The position numbers were made by a program, and so were the translations under genes. DNA of 64,000 bases from positions 10,697-74,696 of the forward strand of contig JAZNJS010000051.1 in the NCBI GenBank assembly GCA_045578185.1. Direction: 5' to 3'. A model generated the notes under the pieces. That model did no database searches. It was given only the letters and a program-made list of their open reading frames with translations, and had not been told where the DNA came from. Below, one piece after another: positions 58,544 through 64,000 of this stretch. Source of the stretch: Clostridia bacterium (GTDB lineage: Bacteria > Bacillota > Clostridia > UBA1381 > UBA9506). Position 1 is the stretch's first letter. The number at the start of each line of letters is the position of its first letter.

Positions 58544-60955
58544 ATGGATTATCAGTTTGGGAAAATAGAGAAAAAATGGCAGGATAAATGGTATTCTGAA
58601 GAAACATTCAAAACAAAAGACGACAAAACCCTGCCGAAATTTTATGCGTTGGTTGAGTTTCCGTATCCGTCAGCACACGGCCTGCACGTCGGACACCCTA
58701 GAAGCTACACCGCACTTGATATTTTAGCAAGAAAACGCCGTTTAGAGGGCTATAACGTTTTATACCCAATTGGCTGGGACGCATTCGGGCTTCCGACTGA
58801 AAACTTTGCGATTAAAAACAAAATTCATCCGAAGATTGTTACTGCAGATAACGTTGCAAACTTCAAGCGCCAGCTCCAGAGCATCGGTTTTTCATTTGAC
58901 TGGTCAAGAGAAATCAACACAACCGATGAAAATTACTATAAATGGACACAGTGGATTTTCCTCCAGCTCTTTAAGAAAGGTCTTGCGTACAAGCAGGAAA
59001 TGCCAATTAACTGGTGTACTTCCTGTAAGGTAGGCCTTGCAAATGAAGAAGTTGTAAACGGCGTATGCGAGCGTTGCGGAAGCGAAGTTGTTCAGCGTAA
59101 CAAGAGTCAGTGGATGCTCAAAATTACGGAATATGCCCAGCGTCTCATTGATGATTTAGATGACCTTGACTACATAGAAAAGGTTAAAATTCAGCAGAAA
59201 AACTGGATTGGCCGTTCTGAAGGAGCCGAGGTTGATTTTAAAGTCTCCGGCACAGACGACGTTATCCGTGTTTATACCACACGTCCTGACACGCTGTTTG
59301 GCGCTACCTATATGGTACTTAGCCCCGAGCATCCGTTTGTTGAAAAGTATAAAGACAAAATTAAAAACTATGACGAAGCTACAGAATATCGTGCTCAGGC
59401 AGCAAGAAAATCAGAGTTTGAAAGAACTGAGATGGCAAAGGACAAAACCGGTGTTATGCTTGACGGTCTTATGGCTGTTAACCCGGTTAATGGCAAAGAA
59501 ATTCCTATCTGGTTGTCAGACTATGTATTGATGAGCTACGGCACAGGTGCTATTATGGCAGTTCCGGCACACGACGAGCGCGACTGGGAATTTGCTAAAA
59601 AATTCGGTATGCCTATTATTGAAGTTGTAGCCGGCGGCGAAAATGTTCAGGAGGCTGCATATACCGACACACAGAGCGGCAAGATGGTCAACTCAGGTTT
59701 CTTGGATGGTTTGGAAGTTAAGGCAGCAATTTCTGCTATTATTGAGTATCTTGAAAAGAATAATATAGGAACTAAAAAGGTTAACTACAAGCTTCGTGAC
59801 TGGGTATTCTCTCGTCAGCGCTATTGGGGCGAGCCAATTCCTCTCGTATGGTGTGACCACTGCGGTTGGGTGCCGCTTGACGAGCACGAGCTTCCGCTTA
59901 CTCTGCCTGAGACAGATAATTTTGAACCGGGCGAAAACGGCGAATCTCCGCTTGCAAAAATGACTGACTGGGTTAATACAACCTGTCCTAAGTGTGGTGC
60001 TCCGGCAAAACGCGAGACCGATACAATGCCGCAGTGGGCAGGCTCTTCCTGGTACTATCTGCGCTATATTGACCCGAATAATTCCGATGCAATCGCGTCA
60101 GAAGAGAATATCAACTACTGGATGCCTGTTGACTGGTATAACGGCGGCATGGAGCACACAACCCTGCATCTGCTCTACTCTCGTTTCTGGCACAAGGTAT
60201 TATTCGATATCGGTGTTGTTAACACTCCGGAGCCGTACAGAAGACGTACTTCTCACGGTATGATTTTAGGCGAGAACAACGAAAAGATGTCTAAATCCCG
60301 TGGTAACGTTGTTAATCCGGATGATATGGTTGAAACCTTCGGCGCAGATACATTCCGTACCTACGAAATGTTTATCGGCGCATTTGACCAGGCTACCCCG
60401 TGGTCAATCAATGGTGTGCGCGGATGTTACCGTTTCATCGAGCGTGTATGGAATCTTCAGGATATCTTAACCGATGAAGAGGGATATTCAGCTGACCTCG
60501 AAAGTCTCATGCACAAGACCATTAAAAAGGTAACAGACGATATTGAAAAAATGAAATTTAATACCGCTATCGCAGCTTTAATGGCTCTTACAAACGAATT
60601 CTATAAAAAAGGCTCTATCACCCGTGGTGAGCTTAAAACATTCCTCGTTCTTCTTAATCCGACTGCTCCTCATATGACTGAGGAAATGTGGGAAATCGCC
60701 GGCTTTGGCGGATGTCTCAACGAGACAACCTGGCCCACATACGATGAGGCTAAGACCATCGATGACGAGGTTGAAATCGTTGCACAGATTAACGGCAAGG
60801 TAAAAGACAGAATTACCATCAGCGCTAACCTTTCAAAAGAAGAAATGGAAAAAGCTGTTTTGGAAAACGAAAAAATCAGAACTTTAATCGACGGAAAAGC
60901 AGTTGTTAAGGTTATCTGTGTACCTGGTAAACTTGTAAATATTGTAGTAAAATAA
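58544..60955 (+). CDS. leuS: Leucine-tRNA ligase
   Basis: HVGH (HIGH-type) motif [12 protein letters not shown], the CP1 editing domain, and KMSKS. Confidence 0.98.
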   Translation: MDYQFGKIEKKWQDKWYSEETFKTKDDKTLPKFYALVEFPYPSAHGLHVGHPRSYTALDILARKRRLEGYNVLYPIGWDAFGLPTENFAIKNKIHPKIVTADNVANFKRQLQSIGFSFDWSREINTTDENYYKWTQWIFLQLFKKGLAYKQEMPINWCTSCKVGLANEEVVNGVCERCGSEVVQRNKSQWMLKITEYAQRLIDDLDDLDYIEKVKIQQKNWIGRSEGAEVDFKVSGTDDVIRVYTTRPDTLFGATYMVLSPEHPFVEKYKDKIKNYDEATEYRAQAARKSEFERTEMAKDKTGVMLDGLMAVNPVNGKEIPIWLSDYVLMSYGTGAIMAVPAHDERDWEFAKKFGMPIIEVVAGGENVQEAAYTDTQSGKMVNSGFLDGLEVKAAISAIIEYLEKNNIGTKKVNYKLRDWVFSRQRYWGEPIPLVWCDHCGWVPLDEHELPLTLPETDNFEPGENGESPLAKMTDWVNTTCPKCGAPAKRETDTMPQWAGSSWYYLRYIDPNNSDAIASEENINYWMPVDWYNGGMEHTTLHLLYSRFWHKVLFDIGVVNTPEPYRRRTSHGMILGENNEKMSKSRGNVVNPDDMVETFGADTFRTYEMFIGAFDQATPWSINGVRGCYRFIERVWNLQDILTDEEGYSADLESLMHKTIKKVTDDIEKMKFNTAIAALMALTNEFYKKGSITRGELKTFLVLLNPTAPHMTEEMWEIAGFGGCLNETTWPTYDEAKTIDDEVEIVAQINGKVKDRITISANLSKEEMEKAVLENEKIRTLIDGKAVVKVICVPGKLVNIVVK

Positions 60956-60963
60956 AACGTTTG

Positions 60964-60993
60964 CGGAGTGGCTTTATGCCACTCCGTTTATAT
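60964..60993 (+). terminator. Rho-independent terminator
   Basis: cggagtggc-tttat-gccactccg followed by a T-rich tail. Confidence 0.8.
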
Positions 60994-61008
60994 TAAGGAG
61001 AAACAAAG

Positions 61009-61497
61009 ATGACTGTTAAACATCCTTTTCCGCCTCTTTATAACTCCAAAAGCAAGATACTAATTCTAGGCTCATTTCCCTCAGTAAAATCAAGAGAAGC
61101 AAACTTTTTCTATGCTCATCCGCAAAACCGTTTCTGGAAAGTGATGGCATATGTTTTAGACTGTCCCGTGCCTCAAACCGTTGAGAAAAAAAAGGATATG
61201 CTCTATGAGGGTAAAATTGCCCTGTGGGATTCTCTGGCAAGCTGCGATATCACCGGTTCTTCTGACGCTTCAATAAAAAATCCTGTGGCTAATGATTTGT
61301 CCGAGATTTTTAATACAGCAAAAATAAAACTTATTTGTTTTAACGGAAAAAAATCAGAGGAAATTTACAAAAAATACGGAAAAAACCGCTACAGCGGCAA
61401 GACTGTTTGTCTTCCTTCGACCAGTCCTGCCAACGCTCAACTTAGTGTTGATGCGCTTTTTAAGATTTGGTCAGATGTTTTAAGACCCGAGCTTTAA
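61009..61497 (+). CDS. DNA-deoxyinosine (hypoxanthine) glycosylase, UDG superfamily
   Basis: ILILGSFPS..S......YAHP.NRFW and PSTSPAN motifs. Confidence 0.8.
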   Translation: MTVKHPFPPLYNSKSKILILGSFPSVKSREANFFYAHPQNRFWKVMAYVLDCPVPQTVEKKKDMLYEGKIALWDSLASCDITGSSDASIKNPVANDLSEIFNTAKIKLICFNGKKSEEIYKKYGKNRYSGKTVCLPSTSPANAQLSVDALFKIWSDVLRPEL

Positions 61498-61543
61498 CCT
61501 TTGAAAATACATTATATTTTTTCGTTTTTTCGCAGAAAATACT

Positions 61544-61571
61544 TTACAAACAGCAATTCTTATAGTATAAT
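61544..61571 (+). promoter_or_regulatory. Sigma-A type promoter upstream of a candidate sRNA
   Basis: TTTACA (61544-49), a 16-nt spacer, then TATAAT (61566-71). Confidence 0.55.
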
Positions 61572-61577
61572 ATATGT

Positions 61578-61669
61578 AGAGCAAAATATGCTCAAAGTTT
61601 ACCTCCCCCCTTTCATATAGTACCATAGACCGTGCCGGCGTTGCGATTAGCAATGTCGGTATTGTTTTT
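61578..61669 (+). ncRNA. Candidate small RNA (about 90 nt) with a C-rich anti-SD stretch
   Basis: A 5' hairpin (gagca/tgctc, 61579-93), an unpaired ACCUCCCCCC (61601-10), then a 10-bp terminator stem (61635-59, two G-U) followed by UAUUGUUUUU. No ORF with an RBS is present. Confidence 0.4.
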
Positions 61670-61700
61670 ACCGATTATAAAAATTTAATTTTCCACCATT

Positions 61701-61751
61701 TTCATATAAACCGGTCTGTATATTTGTACAATATTACAGTACGGTTTTTTT
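61701..61751 (+). terminator. Second hairpin plus T7 terminator upstream of the nifJ promoter
   Basis: ccg..ctgta...tacag..cgg imperfect hairpin followed by TTTTTTT. Confidence 0.55.
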
Positions 61752-61760
61752 AAATATTAT

Positions 61761-61789
61761 TTGATATTTTGAGTAAAATATGATATAAT
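61761..61789 (+). promoter_or_regulatory. Sigma-A promoter (extended -10) for nifJ
   Basis: TTGATA (61761-66), a 17-nt spacer ending in TGA, then TATAAT (61784-89). Confidence 0.7.
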
Positions 61790-61829
61790 GTTTTAGTATG
61801 TATAATGAGATAAGTCTACTTTGTATTAA

Positions 61830-64000
<2,171 letters not shown>

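Overview
This window looks like chromosomal DNA from a spore-forming Firmicute, probably a Clostridia-type organism. Supporting signs are spoIIGA-sigE preceded by Spo0A boxes, a PFOR/nifJ gene, an SLH-type wall protein, and Cheo-type SOS box at recA. About 57 protein genes are packed tightly. From 1 to 55.8 kb almost all are on the minus strand, and from 55.9 kb onward they are on the plus strand. Nearly all are core housekeeping genes: holB, darA, ybaB, dnaX, SRP RNA, ybaK, efp, mfd, pth, recD2, miaA, mutL, rseP, dxr, cdsA, uppS, frr, pyrH, recA, cinA, ymdB, ung, nrdR, relA, recJ, dnaE, trxA, yhbY, nadD, yqeK, rsfS, leuS and nifJ. The one clearly accessory locus lies at about 34.0-36.1 kb and is visibly more AT-rich than its flanks. 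It holds a 306-aa retron-type reverse transcriptase with a textbook msr/msd ncRNA directly upstream: a -10 box, 8-nt a1/a2 inverted repeats, two short stem-loops and a 64-nt hairpin. No catalogued retron effector is adjacent. The only co-oriented neighbour is a 172-aa GNAT acetyltransferase 98 nt downstream. About 160 nt upstream of the ncRNA sits an unexplained, very compact four-way-junction element with 31 perfect base pairs in 81 nt. Secondary observations are a candidate small RNA with a C-rich anti-Shine-Dalgarno run upstream of nifJ, an unannotated 31-aa Cys-rich membrane peptide, near-identical bidirectional terminators at two loci, and several synteny oddities. All protein calls come from reading motifs by eye; no database search was possible.
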